Numbered from the stretch's first letter, positions 37,729 through 52,300 are shown. The stretch: 64,000 bases of DNA from Nageia nagi (GCA_050084985.1 JBITNC010000001.1:58652001-58716000); one strand, 5' to 3'. Made by a program: numbers and translations. The notes: generated from the letters alone by a model not told the origin.

Positions 37729-38048
37729 AAGAAGCCAATACTACAAAGGATATGTGGCATTGCCTGGGAAATTGAAGAGCAATTAAAAGCTTATCAAGTT
37801 TTCAAGGAGGATATTAAGCTATCTAATCTCATATGTTTAGGCCAAAAGCTAGACTTTTTCTCTATACAAGAGGAAGAGGAGGAGGTTTGGTATTATATAA
37901 CCTTAAAGGGGCTATTTTTAGGCACCATATTGAAGATTCTTGGAAGGGAACAAATATACAACACAATTATGAACTTTTGTATACATCACATGTGGCTAAA
38001 GATGATTTGTGGAAGATAAGTGGATATCTAGAGATTTACAAAGAAAAT
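37729..38048 (+). pseudogene. Fragment of a nuclear-encoded organellar threonyl-tRNA synthetase (EMB2761-like)
   Basis: KKPILQRICGIAWEIEEQLKAYQVFKED...LGQKLDFFSIQEE/GGGLV..KGAIFRHHIEDSWK...YELLYTSHVAKDDLWKISGYLEIYKEN; one frameshift at ~37877. Matches recalled ThrRS MLQRIYGTAWE.EEQLKAY...GGGLVFWHPKGA...LWKISGHLDFY.EN. Confidence 0.9.
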
Positions 38049-41000
38049 TCCCAAAATTGGGAAATCCTCCTAGAGAGAAAAATAACTTTGTAAATATGCA
38101 AAAATAGGTCCCCAAAAATGGATAACCCACTCCCAAGTCCGATATATATTGAGAACTCTAAAATTTGAAGCATAAAGGTGAACCTTGAGGTAGATTCAAT
38201 CTCTAATTGACCCAAGAGATCAACCCTTGAATCTCCAACCAAGAGCAAGGGTCATCCTTTTCTACAAGATTAGTTCTCCTAAATATTTTGGAATCATACC
38301 TAATTTGTAGAAGATGGAGTAAGGGTTCAACCCTTCACTCTTACAATTTCATAATATGACATATACATAATAATGTTTAAATGGGATGCTCTCTTCCTTT
38401 TTATACTAAAAATGTTATAATTCTTCGTTGAGCCCCCTTTTATTACAGCATGATTCAAAATAACACTTTTAACTAATTAAAAATACCTCAAATGCTATTA
38501 AGTGGGATATCCCAATTCCACACATGCTTAATTAAAATTTATAAAAATTAAGTGAAATTTGGATGTCCATATTAGGGACATCACAATACCGCCCCTCACA
38601 AATTGCTTGTCCTTAATAAATGCAATTGAGTGTAGCAATCCCTATTGTACTATATATTTAATGATCACCTTGTTTATCAACTTTTTCTTCTTGGTCTCAA
38701 CAATAGCATATGGTGTTAACTGGATTCCATATATATATTTGTGTGTGTAATATTTGTAGTACCATTTCCAGCAAATGCAAATACATAATATAGGGATCTT
38801 CTATATGAATAAACAACTTCTATTATTGTATGTTCTCCATCAATAACTTCATTGGAAGCATCATCGTGTACCCATATTTCCATATATGTTTTACTTCCCT
38901 AGTAGAATTATGATTCATGTTCATATATGGAATGGGCATGAATAATTATTTGAATATTTTTGTTGTAATTATGGAGTGAAGCTAGTCACTACCATAAAAG
39001 ATAAAGTGATCATTGTAAGGGAAGTTATGGAGACTGAAAGTCAAGCATAACCATTTATAGAAACAACTTTGGTGACTCTTGGGAAGTTGAATTTATCTAG
39101 TGAGAATATTGAGGAAAAGATCATTTTTGTGGTTTTCTCAGTAGTTGTAATAAATATTTCACATTAGGTTATGGTATATACAATACTTGATCATATTGCA
39201 AAACAACTTTATTATGCTACAAGGTTCATACAACATTTTTTTCCAATCTTCCTTCTATAATTGATCATAAGGGGAAATGACTCTCATTTAAACTAGATAG
39301 TAATGATTATTTTTGAACCTATTACAACTTTGGTAAAACAACATTCCCTTATTTGAACTACTCCTAACCTTCTACATGATGCTTATATATTTTTAGTTAT
39401 ATTTTATCAAATTGATGGTGTGATTGTAATATATGCTAACATTCTACATTATCATAGTCAGTTTATATCTTTTGCTCTCACTTTAAATGACTTTGCAATA
39501 ACTGCAAACATACAAGGAATAATGAAATCTAATATTAATGTTGGTCTTGGTGTGGCTCATGCAACATGTACCTTAAATGATGTTGCAATATTTTCAACAT
39601 GGATAGGAAATATACTTTCAATTTCATTAGTTTATGATGGGAAGGTTGTACAAAAGATGGAATATTCAAAGGTTGGGATGACATTCCTTTGCTTTAGGAG
39701 TTGTTGGGCTGATAATTGACTAGTGTAGCCAGAGTACTTGACCAAGTTCAATCAAGAGACACTTTTCCATATCTTTTACAATATGCCAAAGGATGAGCTC
39801 AGTTATATGCTGCTAATGAGTTATGTAGAAGAGGTTGGATCTATCATAAAAATATTCAAATGTGATTTATGTGTGTTCCATAAGTAGAGCTATATTTTTC
39901 AATGTTGTATATATATATAACACTTGGAAAAAAAGTACAACCAATCTTTGAAATATTATGTTATAGCAAGCTATGTTGTCAACAACATGTCTAATGAAAT
40001 TGAAAGAGCTCAAAGTATTGAAGTAACAACTCTATGTGAAATAGGATTAGATCCAAGAATATAATATCATATAGGAATTGTTTTTCTTTAAGCTTTTTAT
40101 GTTTTATGTATTAGAAATGTTGCACTTAATTCTAAGGAGGTGGTTGTATAGGGTATAATAACTGATCTTCTAAGTCATATTATAGATAGATATAGTTATA
40201 ATAATATAGCATACAGTAATGGTAAGCACTAGATGTTGCAAGAGTTACAGGAACATGAATCAAAATTCTATTGGGGAGGTAAAACATTGACAAAAAGATG
40301 GGTACATGATGATGTTGCCAATTGAGTTATTGATGATGAACTGAAAATAACAAAAAAAAATTCTTCATATAGAATATCTCTATGTTATATAGTTGCATTT
40401 GCTAGAAATGGTACTAAATATGTTACACATAGATATTGAATCCACTTAACACCAAATGATATTATTGAGACCAAGAAGAAAAAGTTGATAAATAGGGTGA
40501 TCATTAAATATTTGGTATAATGGAAGGGATTGACAAACTTAGTTGCATTTCTTGAGGACAAGCAATTTGGGAGGGTTGATATCGTTATGTCCCTAATATA
40601 GATGTCCAAATTTGAATTAATTTTTATAAAGTCTAATTAAGCATGTGTGGTATTGGGATGTCCCACTTAATAGCATTAGAAGTTTTTTAATTAGTTAAAA
40701 GTGTTATTTTAAATTAGGTTGTAATAAAGGAGGGCTCAATGAATAATTATAATATTTTTAGTATAAAGGGAAGAGAGCACCCTATTTAGACATTATTATG
40801 TGTTTTTCATGTTATGAAATTGTAAGAGTGAAGGGTTGAACCCTTACTTCATTTGTTGCATATTAAGATTGATCCCAAAATCTTCAAGAGAACCAATGTT
40901 GTAGACAAGGCTAACCCTTGCTTTTGGTTGGAGATTTAGGGTTTGATCCCTTGGGTCAATTAGAGAGTGAATCTACCTCAAGGTTCACCTTTGTGCTTTA

Positions 41001-41125
41001 TAATTTAGATTTCTTAGCATATATCATACTTGGGATTGGGTCTCCATTTCTCAGGACCTATTTTTGCATATTTTAAAGTTATTTTTCCCTCCAGGAAGAT
41101 CTCCTAATTTTGAGAATTTTTTGAA
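38040..41125. repeat. Long inverted repeat, arms ~38040-38922 and ~40251-41125, spacer ~1.3 kb
   Basis: Arms are reverse complements (for example GGTGAACCTTGAGGTAGATTCA at ~38177 versus TGAATCTACCTCAAGGTTCACC at ~40968), roughly 80-85% identical by eye. Each arm is chromodomain relic + PPT + LTR start. Confidence 0.93.
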
Positions 41126-43498
41126 CATTTTGAAGGTTGATTTGTGATGTTTGATAGTTGATTTATTTGTTTCCACTTGCAACAAAATTTAATAAAATTT
41201 ATATGGCCATATCTATTCCATTTTAAGGGATTTTGTGTTATTTTTCTAAGTTATTTATAGAATTGATTTTTTAAATTGTAAAATCTGATTTGTATGCAAG
41301 ATTTCTAATATTTCTAGTTAGGGTTATTACATTGATGTATTAAGGATTTTACTTCTTTAAATCTAATGAAAAGGTGATTGTTCATACCATATCCTTCTTT
41401 GGTGAGTAACTTCTAAACAACTTTCAAAAACCTTGATCATATACAACCTTTCTTCTACTGGACAATCTTATATATCAAAAACTAATTAAAGGACTAGTCT
41501 CCATCTCCTTTCATTAATTTCTTATTGTATAAAGATTTTGGTAATAGTTATTTAAAAGACCCTAATAGGGAGTTTGAAGCAAATCCAAGATAATAACTAA
41601 TGTTATGCATCAAGTTAGTTGATGTCAATAAAGATTATTATCAATAAAGAGCTCACGAGAGTTGCAATAAGGGGTATAGGATAACATATATGATATTCAA
41701 AGGAATCTTGGAAGGTAGTTTTGGTAGTTAAGGTATAGGGTAAGTGTTGATATTGTTTCTTCTATTAATGATGGATCTTATTCTTGGCCTCACAAGATTT
41801 GACTTAATTTATTTTATTGATGATCCTTTATTTCAAAAAGAAGTTCATGATGGATGGATGTTATATTATATTATCCAATTGTTTCATGCAAGATTATGAA
41901 TAAGATGTATAGTTTTTAGGTAAAATAATGATCAAGAATGGATAGGAAGAAAAAAATAAACATGAAAATGAAAATGATGAAGAATAATATGATTGTGATG
42001 AAGTAGAATATGAGGATGAATATGTAAGTGGTATTGAATAAGAAAATGAATTAAATAGAGAAACATTTAAAATTTAAGAAGATCATATTATTTTAATTAA
42101 TTCCCCTCTCTTATCACTCAATAGGATCAAAATAAAATATAACTATTATAAAATTTCATAGAGATATCTATCCAATTAAGAAGAAAATATAGCATGATAT
42201 CTATGGTACAAACTCTCTTCAAAGATAAAAGAAATAATACATAAGAATATCAAAGAAGAATGGCTTAGAAAGAAAAGACTATATACTCTTGATAAAGTAG
42301 TAAATAAAATTGTTCCTCAATGGATTAAAATAATTACCCTATTATACAAGCAAAAACATATTCCGTCATTATCCTAAGAAAGATCATCATTCATGCCAAC
42401 AATCTAAAAATAAGATAAATATTCTTCTTGTAGCCTATATATCTATGATTACCCTATAAATAAATTTTCCTTCTTCATAATAAAATATAATCCAAAAATT
42501 CTTATGAAAGAATAAACTATTCCAAAAGAATACTAAAATTCCTTAGATCCATCATATAACCATGAACTTTATTCCCTTGATGTACCTATATGTCTTAAAT
42601 ATGGTATATACCATACTTTTTTTTCTATTGACAAAATATCCTTATAAATGTCATATTAGATTAATCATTATTATTTAAACACCCTTAAAATCCTATATGC
42701 CCTATAATTGTTCCATTTAGAATACCTAAAACCCTTACTATAGCCTAAAATCTTGAAATCCCTAAAATCTCAATCCCTTCAAACCAAAGTCTTCCTCATT
42801 AAACATGAAAAAGAAGAATAAAACTTATAATCCATTGAAATCAATATCAAAATATTTTTCCAACTATCACATAGGAGAATTATTTAGAAGAAAACAATGT
42901 CAAAATAAAGGATTAATAATCATTTAACAATCTTTTACTATAATTATTACCATAAATCAAAACTTTTAAAGATGACAAATGATTAAAAATCTTTTAAGAA
43001 AAATAATCCAAGTAATATGCAATAGTCTAGAAAGAGGAATATATTAAGTAGTGGTAAAAAAAGAGGAAGAATATGATGAAAGTGCTCCTAAAGTTCTATC
43101 GAAGAAATACTATGATGAAAATATTGAAGTATACAAAAACTCAATTTAGCAAAATATAAAAAATAATAATGGAATTTAAAGAATTTATATCACCACATAT
43201 AGTGCATAAGTATCAAATATAATTAAAATAGGTTAAATTATATTTTGAAGTATTTATATTTAAGCACTTAAAATAATGGTATATTATTTTATTTATCAAT
43301 CATCCTTCTCTCTCATTAATAATATTTGGAATCATTTAATTCATTATTACAAAAAATCCTAAATCAATCCCTCTATTGTGTTATGAACATCATGAATTGT
43401 TATATGAAATGAATCACATATACTTATTTAATATCATATTGTACACATAGATATAGGTCCATATTATTAGGAATAGTATTACATTATAGGTAATATTT

Positions 43499-44708
43499 TG
43501 TAGAATCCCAAATATAATTCAAGTGCAATTAAATCAAAAACACACAAGTATACTCCAATGTCTGACCTAGGGCATCCATAAGAAGCTCAAACAATGCAAT
43601 AATGCCAATGTTTCCAAGACTAGCATATACAAGTATAAATACCTCATAATGCCAACATATGGCTCATATAATCATATACATGCAAAATTAATCCAATGAT
43701 GCCAATACACAAGTATACACAACACAAAAATGAGATCCAATAGCCCACGACTTGTATTAATGATGCAAAATGAAAAAAGATATAATATTAGGCCCATAAG
43801 GCTCAATGTTGGCCTCTAAGGATCTAACTAAGGCACAATGAATATGCTTAATGCTGGACAAATAGAACACTGAATGGGATAGCCTCACTCCCTTAGAATC
43901 TGAATCCTCTCCATGGAAGGAGCTCTCTCCAAACCCTGATGACCAATTGAATGATAGAAGTGTGCCTCAAAATGCCACCAAATGGATTAAAGTGCTACAC
44001 AAAAGTTGTAGATCAACAATATCTCTCAACTAATAACCCTCCTAGATGTTGCACCTAGGGATGTTGCTTGATGTTGCACCAAGATTTATGTCCTTTGGAT
44101 GATATGTGTAATAATCAATTTATGTATATCCATAATTGATTCTCCAAGGACTAATATAGCTTTCCTAGATCTAGATCTCACCTCAAATTCATCACCCAAT
44201 CCCCTCAAACTCTAATGATGGAACCTAGGAGTCATTCTAGGCCTAACATGGGTATTTAGACCTCCCTCATTCTCCATGTGGGTCCTCAAGCTCAATGTGG
44301 GATTAAGGATACATGCATGGGTCAAGGAAGTATGTATGGGAATCTAGGGGCATGCATAGGTGTCATGGGCCAATGTGGGGGTCTATAAGTCTCCCCAAGG
44401 TTGGTGCATATGTACAAGTGCTCCCAATCTCAATGTTGGGACCATTAAGTGATCATACATGCTCTAAGTGCTAAATAAACCTTAGGATTCCCATAATCAT
44501 AGTTTGGGATTTTTAAATACATTAAAATACACTAAACGATACTTAGGAGGGAGAAGTCCCACTTGGCACTCATAGTGGGATCCAATGGCCCATTAAGTCT
44601 TCTATCCCAAGTACTAACTAATAAAGGATAATTAAATAATTAATTATATAAAAGGGGGAATCTAATGGATTCCATAATTAATTACAATTGTATAAGGGGG
44701 ACATCATA
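43499..44708 (-). repeat. 3' LTR (~1.2 kb)
   Basis: Direct repeat of 48113-49316; adjacent to the PPT. Confidence 0.95.
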
Positions 44709-44729
44709 AAGCCTTCCCTCTCAAAATTA

Positions 44730-47640
44730 CTTACCCTCAACCAATTCAATGTTGGATGTGCAAATATCTCTTCTCCTTCCCATGTTAAGTCTTCATCAGG
44801 AAAGTCCCTCTATTTGATAAAGTATTCTTGAATATTTCTTTATCTTAGTTTCTTTAATCAAGTCTCCAACACCCTCTATGGAATCTAAACCAGGTGTCCC
44901 TCATCATCAAGTGTTGGGAGTGTAGTAGATCATACATCATGGTATCCCATGACCTTATTTAAGAATGATACATGGAAGGTGTTGTGGAGCTTACTTTTCT
45001 CAGGAAAATCCAACTTATAAGCAGTCTCTCCCACCACGTGTAGGATTTTGTATGGCCCAAAGAATCTAGGATGCAACTTCTCTACTCCCTTTTTCTTGAG
45101 TGTGGACTATCGAAAGGGATGTAACCTCAAGTACACCATATCCCCTACCTCAAATGTCCTCTTCATTCTCTTCTAATCATAATACTTCTTTTGGAAATTT
45201 TGGTCCATCTGTAGGTTCTCCTTCAGAGCTCTCATGATGTCCTAATATTCCTACAATATTTCTTTAGATTTTTGTATCTTTTTTTATAAATAATCAAGTC
45301 TATAAAGTTATGGGGATCATAACAATACAAAGATTTGAAAGGAGACATTTTTATATAAAAATAGTAGGTGGAATTATAACAATACTCCCAAAATAGAGCC
45401 ACATGATCCACATTTGTTGTTGTCCTATCATGTAGTGTCTCAAATACCCTTCCACCCATTTTTTCATGATTTTTCCCATCCTTTTGGGGGTGGTAACTGG
45501 TGCTTGGGGTGAGATTGGTGGCACTCAATTGGAACAACTATTTCCAAAACATGCTTATGAACTTGTTATCCATATCACTCATAATTATCCTAGGCAACCC
45601 ATGTACTTTGAAGATCTCTTTCAAGAATAAATCAATCAAAAATGTTGTTGTATATGTGATAGTAATGGCAAAGAAATGGGCAAATTTAGTGAGCCTATCT
45701 AGAACCACAAAGATACAATCTTTACCTTACATCTTTGGAAGTCCAATGATGAAATCCATGGAGATGTTTTCGCATTTCTACTACAGAATGGAAAATAGAT
45801 GAAGTAACCCTTATGATTTCACATTATCTTCCTTATTTTCTTAGCACTGTACACACTCTTGACCATGCCTCAAAACATCCCACTTCAGCCCTTTCCACGT
45901 GAACCTCTCCCCTATTGCCTTATATGTTTTCATGATGCCTAGATGACCTATAAGAGGAATGTTGCGCAAATCATGGAGTACCTTCTCCTTCATTTCAAAG
46001 TTAGGGGTCAAAATATTGCATTCCTCTTCAAAATCATCCCCTCCCTAATCATGTACCTCTTGTTTCTTATAATTCCATCTAAGATCCCTTGAGCAAACTC
46101 ATGACTAGTGTATTTAGCCATTATGATCTTTTTCCAATTAGCAGAATTAGAGGAAAGAGAATAAAATGATGGGTTCCTATATAGTGCATTAGTTGTTGTA
46201 TTCTTCTTTCCTTTAATATACTAAATCTCAAAATCAAAGAATTGAAGTTTACTTACCCACCTTTATTATTTCTCACTTAGATCTGATTGGATGAAAAAGT
46301 ACAAGCTTTTATGGTCACTATTGATGATAAATGGACCAAAAAGTAAATATTGCTTGAATCTATCCAATGCATGCATAATTACCAACATATTTTTATCATA
46401 CATGCTAAAATTCTACTTTGTACTTATCAAATTTTTGCTCTCAAATGCTATCAATTTTCCTTTTTGCATGAGTACAACTCCAAAACCAAGCTTAGATGCA
46501 TCACACTCAACAATAAAAGGGATTGAAAAATTAGGAATAACCAAGAAAGGATAGGAACACATAACCTTCTTGAGTGTCTCAAATACATCTTGAGCACTCT
46601 CACTCCAAACAAATGCATCCTTCTTGGTCAACTACATTAGGGGGAAACCAAGTGGGAGAAGTCGTGTATGAACCTCTTATAGTAGTTGCATGACCTTGAA
46701 AACTCTCTCAATTATGTTAATATGGTAGATGTTGGTCATTCCTAGATAGTTGCAATATTTTCCCATCCACGCTAACTCCCATATGGCTAATTACATGACC
46801 AAGATACAAGATTTTATTCATGTCAAAGTCACATTTGGACTTCTTTTCATAGAATTTGTTTCCTGCAATATCCTAAACATGTGGTCCAAATGATGGAGGT
46901 ATTCCTTCCACATTTTATTATAGACCAAGATATCATCAAATAACACTAACACAAACTTCCTTAGATGCTCCTTGAAAACTTGATTCATGGTTGATTGGAA
47001 GGTGTTGGTGTATTAGTCAATCCAAAAGGCATCACCAAAAACTCAAAGTGATTATAATGGCATCTAAATACCATTTTGTGTATGTCCTCCTCCTTCATCA
47101 TTATTTGATGGTATTTGTATCTTAAATCAATTTTTGAAAAGTACTTAACACCATGCAATTCATTAATGAGATCATCTACTCTAGGAATGGGATACTTATT
47201 CTTGATGGTATTCTTATTAAGCAAGTGATAGTTAATGCACATTTGCATAATCTCATCCTTCTTCTTAACAAACACAATAGAAAAGGCAAAGGGACTAGAG
47301 CTTGGCCATAAGAACCCCATTTTCAACAACTCCTTGATGGTCTTCTCGATCTCATCCTTATAGACTTTTGAATGCTAGTAGGTAATAATCATAACTGGCT
47401 TGGATTCAAACTCCAACTAGATGGTGTGCTCAAATCCTATAGAAGGAAATAGCCCTTTCGACATATCTTTGGAAATATCCAAGTATTAGTATAATATGCA
47501 TTGTATGTTAGATGGATACTCCTTGACCCCCCTAGAATACAATGGGGGGCCTCCTTTATCCATAGTGAAAATGTAGCCCCACTCTATCTCATCCTTCCTA
47601 ACAATGGAACTCATCTTCTTGGGTGATATGATCTAAGTAA
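44730..47640 (-). pseudogene. pol: Decayed pol (RT-RH-INT-chromodomain)
   Basis: Motifs in ORFs 46985-47329, 46413-46631 and 45232-45537; multiple stops and frameshifts. Confidence 0.92.
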
Positions 47641-48112
47641 TAGCCTCTAATTTGCTACTGATAACTCTATATCTAAGTGAAATCTTCCACTCATCCCTTT
47701 TCTTCAAATATAATAAAGTAGTTGAATCCTTGACTCCTCCCGATGGCCCAGATCTAAACATTGGGGCCTAGTTAGCTTGTACCCTCCAATGTTGGATTTT
47801 CTCCATGACACTACTCCATAACCTAGAAGATCCTTGATAGATCTAGAGCAAGAGTTCAATATTTGGTAGAGTCTTATGTGGAGGTACAGATCTAGGATCC
47901 CACATCTACCCTCTCTTCTTGCATGTATTCTCCTCATCCTGTTCACCTAGGAACCATAAGAGTCTCTCCCTTTCCTCCAAAGGGATCTTATTATCTTCAA
48001 ATTTCTAAAGGAGTTAGTGGAAAACTACCCTTCCAAATTTTGAATTCTTCACTTTAGCTATAGATATGGCTTCCATTTCCTTAGGTGGTAAGATCTTAAT
48101 CTCTGATACCAT

Positions 48113-49316
48113 TATAGAATCCCAAATATAATTCAAGTGCAATTAAATCAAAAACACACAAATATGCTCAAATGTATAACTTAGGGCATCCAAATGAAGA
48201 TCAAATAATGCAATAATGGCAACATTTGACCAAGACTAGCAGATACAAGTATGTAATACCTCACAATGCCAATGTATGGTTCATATAATCATATACATGC
48301 AAAAGTAATCCAACGACACCAATACACAAGTATACAAACACAATGATATCTAATAGCCCACAACTTGTATTAATGATGCATAATGAATAACAATATGATA
48401 TCAGGCCCACAAGGATCAATGTTGGTCTCCAAGGAGCCAATTAAGGTATAATGAATATGGTCAATACTAGATATATGAAATATTGAATGGGACAACCTCA
48501 CTCCCTCATAATATGAATCCTCTCCATCAAAGGAGCTCTCTCCAAGATGACCAATTGAATGGTAGAAGTGTGCCTTAGAATGCCATCAGATGGAGTAAGG
48601 TGCTACATCAAAGCTGTAGATCAATAGGATCCATCAGCTTGTTAAGCCTCCTAGATGTTGCACCTAGGGATATTGCTTAAAGATATGCCAAGACTTCTAT
48701 CCTCTGAAGGGTATGTGTAATAATAAATATATGTATATCCAACAATGATGCTCTAAGGACTAATATAGCTTTTTTGGATATGGATTTCATCTCAAATTCA
48801 TCATCAAATCCCTCAAATCCCACTAATAGCACCTAGAAATTATTTTAAGTCCAACGTGGGTATCTATACCTCCCTCATGCTCCATGTGGGTCCTCAAGCT
48901 CAATGTGGACTTGGGGATACATGCATGTATCAATGAGGCATGCATGGGTATATAAGGGGCATGCATGGGTGTCATGGGCCAATGTGGGGGTATAGAAGTC
49001 TCCCTAAGGCTGGTGCATGTGTATAGGTGCTCCCAATCTCAACATTGTGACCATTAAGTGATCATCCATGCTCTAAGTGATAAATAGACCTTAGGATTCC
49101 CACAATCATATTTTAGGATCTCCAAGTATATTAAAACACACTAAAATATACTTGTGAGGGAGACATCCCCCTTAGAGCTCATAGTGGGATCCAATGACCC
49201 GTTAAATATTCTATACCAAGTACTAACTAATAAAGCATAATTAAATAATTAATTATACAAAAGGGGGAATCTATTGAATTCCAAAATTAATTACAATTGT
49301 ACAAGGGGATGTCACA
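48113..49316 (-). repeat. 5' LTR (~1.2 kb)
   Basis: Direct repeat of 43499-44708; adjacent to the PBS. Confidence 0.95.
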
Positions 49317-52300
49317 TATTTTTAAGGTAGTTATTATTTTATCTTTATCTGTTCATAGAACTCTTATGATTGTATATTAATAAGAAACAAACAAATAGTT
49401 GGTTAAGTTTTTGAACATGTATGTTCTCTCTATAATGAAACAATATTACAATATTCAAAATTCTCACATGGTATTAAAGTAGGCTCAGTGAAGAACCATG
49501 GATTGGTGAGATTAAACTCCAACTCATTTATGTGAGAAAATTCAATTATATTCCTTTGTTGTAATAATATGTAGATATCTAAATAAATAGATATAGGTAT
49601 AGTAAACTACCCGTAGATATTTGTTCTTTTATGTACTTGTATAATCCATAGATCTTTATAAGAAGATGTTGCATTTTAAGGTTTATAATTCATTTTTATG
49701 TACACATGTGAGGGACCTATAGGTAAATATTGAGAAAAATCATATTCATGCTAGCCGAATAGGTGTTGATGAGTTCTCACTGGATATCAATTTCCCGATA
49801 AATGAATTTTTAAAATTTGCATTCATGGGTTAAACTTGGAGATATTATGAAATATTATGCTCTAACCTTTTATGCCTTGTAATAAAATGCAAAATATTTC
49901 TTATGCCTGACTATGTAAGAAAGTAGAGTGACTCTCATTGAGCACTTACCTTTTAGTGTATAACTTCATAAAGATTAGTAGAAGGGTGATATTGAATTAG
50001 TTTATTACTAACTACAACTTGAAGGCAAGACTAGCCTGCTTAGTTTTGTTTGCAAAGTGTTGTATTCCCCAGAATATGATATCATACATTTAAAATACCA
50101 GAGTGCAAGAGAGTAATTTTAAATATTTTCTCCCCATCCCACATTTTGAAACAAGTGATGTCAACATGGATAGTGTCACATTATGGCTAAGGAGTCATAA
50201 GAATAATTTTAGTCAATATCATAATTTTTATTAGCTTACACCATCTCACATATTGTCAAATTGTGGGGAGATATTTTAAAATGTGATATAATTGCTTGTT
50301 GCATTTTGGATGCAATGATATAAGCTTTTGCATTCACAAATCATGGCTCAACATTCTCTTATAAGACTATCACTCTTTTTTAGATGTTAACATCATAAGA
50401 TTGAATGTCTCACCTTGACATAGTGTGTTAAAGAGAATTTCAAATGCTTGATTCTCTTTTAGTATAGTGATATCACCTTAGTTTTCTTGGATTATGGCTA
50501 GACCATAATAAAAACCCAAAATGACATGATAATTCAATTCAAAAATCTAATATGTCATGAAAAAGTACAAAAAGCTTCAAGAAGGTGTGATAAGAAGATA
50601 TTATTGCTCAAGAAGGTTTGGAAGATGATAAGAAGACTAGATGACATCAGATGAGCTAGTAGTTAGTTAGTGTGAGTTAGCATCAACAACCTAGATCTAA
50701 TCTTGGGGAGTCTTTTTGAAGATTAATATGGTCAGATATGCTAGTTGGATCTTGTATTCTAGATATTTTTTGATATGAGTTTTTAAAATGTAACCAAAAG
50801 TTGTTAGTAGTAGATATTTTGTAAAAGTAGTTAATTTGTTGTAATGAGTAGTTTTTGAATGTAGCTACTGAAGGTTTTGGCTATAAATATAGCTTAGTTA
50901 AATATATTATCTCTCTCTCTTATAGGATTTTTTGCTCATACAAAGTTTGTGTTAGAATATAGAGTTTGATCAAATTTGAAAAAATCCACATGGAAAGAGA
51001 AAATGAAGTTTGAATCCATATTTAGTATGACATATTTGATGGTTGTAATAATTTATTATATGGATGAGAACTCATAGCTATATGAATACTTATATAATGT
51101 ATTGTATTATGCCTTAAGAAGTGTGTGATATCATATCATGGTATCCCCAAAATTTCTATGTTAGGTATTCATGATGTGAGCCTCTTTTATTATCAAGATA
51201 GAAGGATGGTTGCTAAAGAATTAACGTAAGAATGTATTATATGATCCTCTCATGTAAGAGTGAGAGAGAAGAATCTCATAATAGAGATGAGAGTGTGAGG
51301 GTTTAATAAAGCTCTATGAGATCTTATCTATGTTGTTATGTCTATAATATTAGAATTGTTATTTTCTAGATGAGAGTTGAAGTGGGTGCACCATGCTTAT
51401 ACCTAGGATTTAATGCAAAGTTAATAGAGATGCAAATTATTAGCCTTGTAGAGTGCACTAGCTCACATTGGGTGAACCATTATAAAGATTTTTGTGTCTT
51501 CCATACTTGCTTGATTATTGAATTTATTAATTTGTTTTTTGTTTAGTTTTAATTTCCTCAAATGGAATAAGAGTAGTGACAAGTTTGGCTGAAGGGGTTT
51601 AAAAATCTATGGATGTTCATGGAAATTTATCAAGTTTCTCATATAAGTTTGTTGGGTCAAATTTTTATTTTAGTTGGAGAAATGGTAGATGGTAATGATA
51701 ATTTCAAGAAGTAGTGGGAGACATACATGAATATGGAAGTGTGGAGGTGCTCATAAAGGAAATTCTAGCATTTTCAAAGCTATGAATGTGTCTTCCATGT
51801 TTTGAGAGTTTTCTTATTTTTTGTGAGTTTTTGGATCTCAACAAGAATTCTAAGAGAGAAAATATAGGTGTATATAAGAATGGATCATTTTGTACATCAA
51901 TATATTTGATCTGGTTGATTGTTATTATTGTTGGGTGCATTCTTCATTACCGCATGTGAGGATAATGGATAGAGAGCTTAAAGATATGAATAGTGATTTT
52001 AGAAGGTGCAATTCATGATGTGAAACTATGAGGAGGTTAAGCATATGGAGAGTCATAAATAATGAGATAATGATCTATTGGATCTTGTAGATGTTGTTGA
52101 TAAGCATCATATCACAAAATTTGGAAGTGGTAAGGAGTCCTTAATGGTATCCACAACTTGGCAATGGTATACAAAATCCCATAGAATAATATAACAATAG
52201 TAATATTTAATTACTATTTTTATTTAAATCATTGGGAGAGTTGGCCTATAGAATATAGTTGGCAAGGGCATGAGTTTCAGCGAATAGAATTGAATGATGA

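Larger units (their letters stand above)
36883..41331 (+). mobile_element. Non-autonomous chromovirus-derived gypsy element, rearranged; its 5' LTR is cut by the copia insertion
   Basis: 36883-36963 repeats the end of LTR 40583-41331 and is followed by a degenerate iMet PBS TGGTGTCAAAGC at 36965. Chromodomain relic IIKYLV*WKGL at ~40500 and PPT at 40569-40582 precede the 3' LTR. Confidence 0.7.
43499..49316 (-). mobile_element. Chromovirus (Ty3/gypsy) with both LTRs; gag core and protease deleted
   Basis: TSD TATTT at 43494-43498 and 49317-49321. LTRs 43499-44708 and 48113-49316; PBS TGGTATCAGAG at 48101-48111; PPT at 44709-44722. RT (ORF 46985-47329, LFDDILVY), RH (VECDASKLGFG), INT (ISMDFIIGLP), chromodomain EYFIK*RDFPDEDLTWE. 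Confidence 0.95.

Noticed and set aside
41340-43200. Possible endogenous pararetrovirus or other coding relic
   Set aside because: No recognisable motif in any frame I could read; left unassigned.
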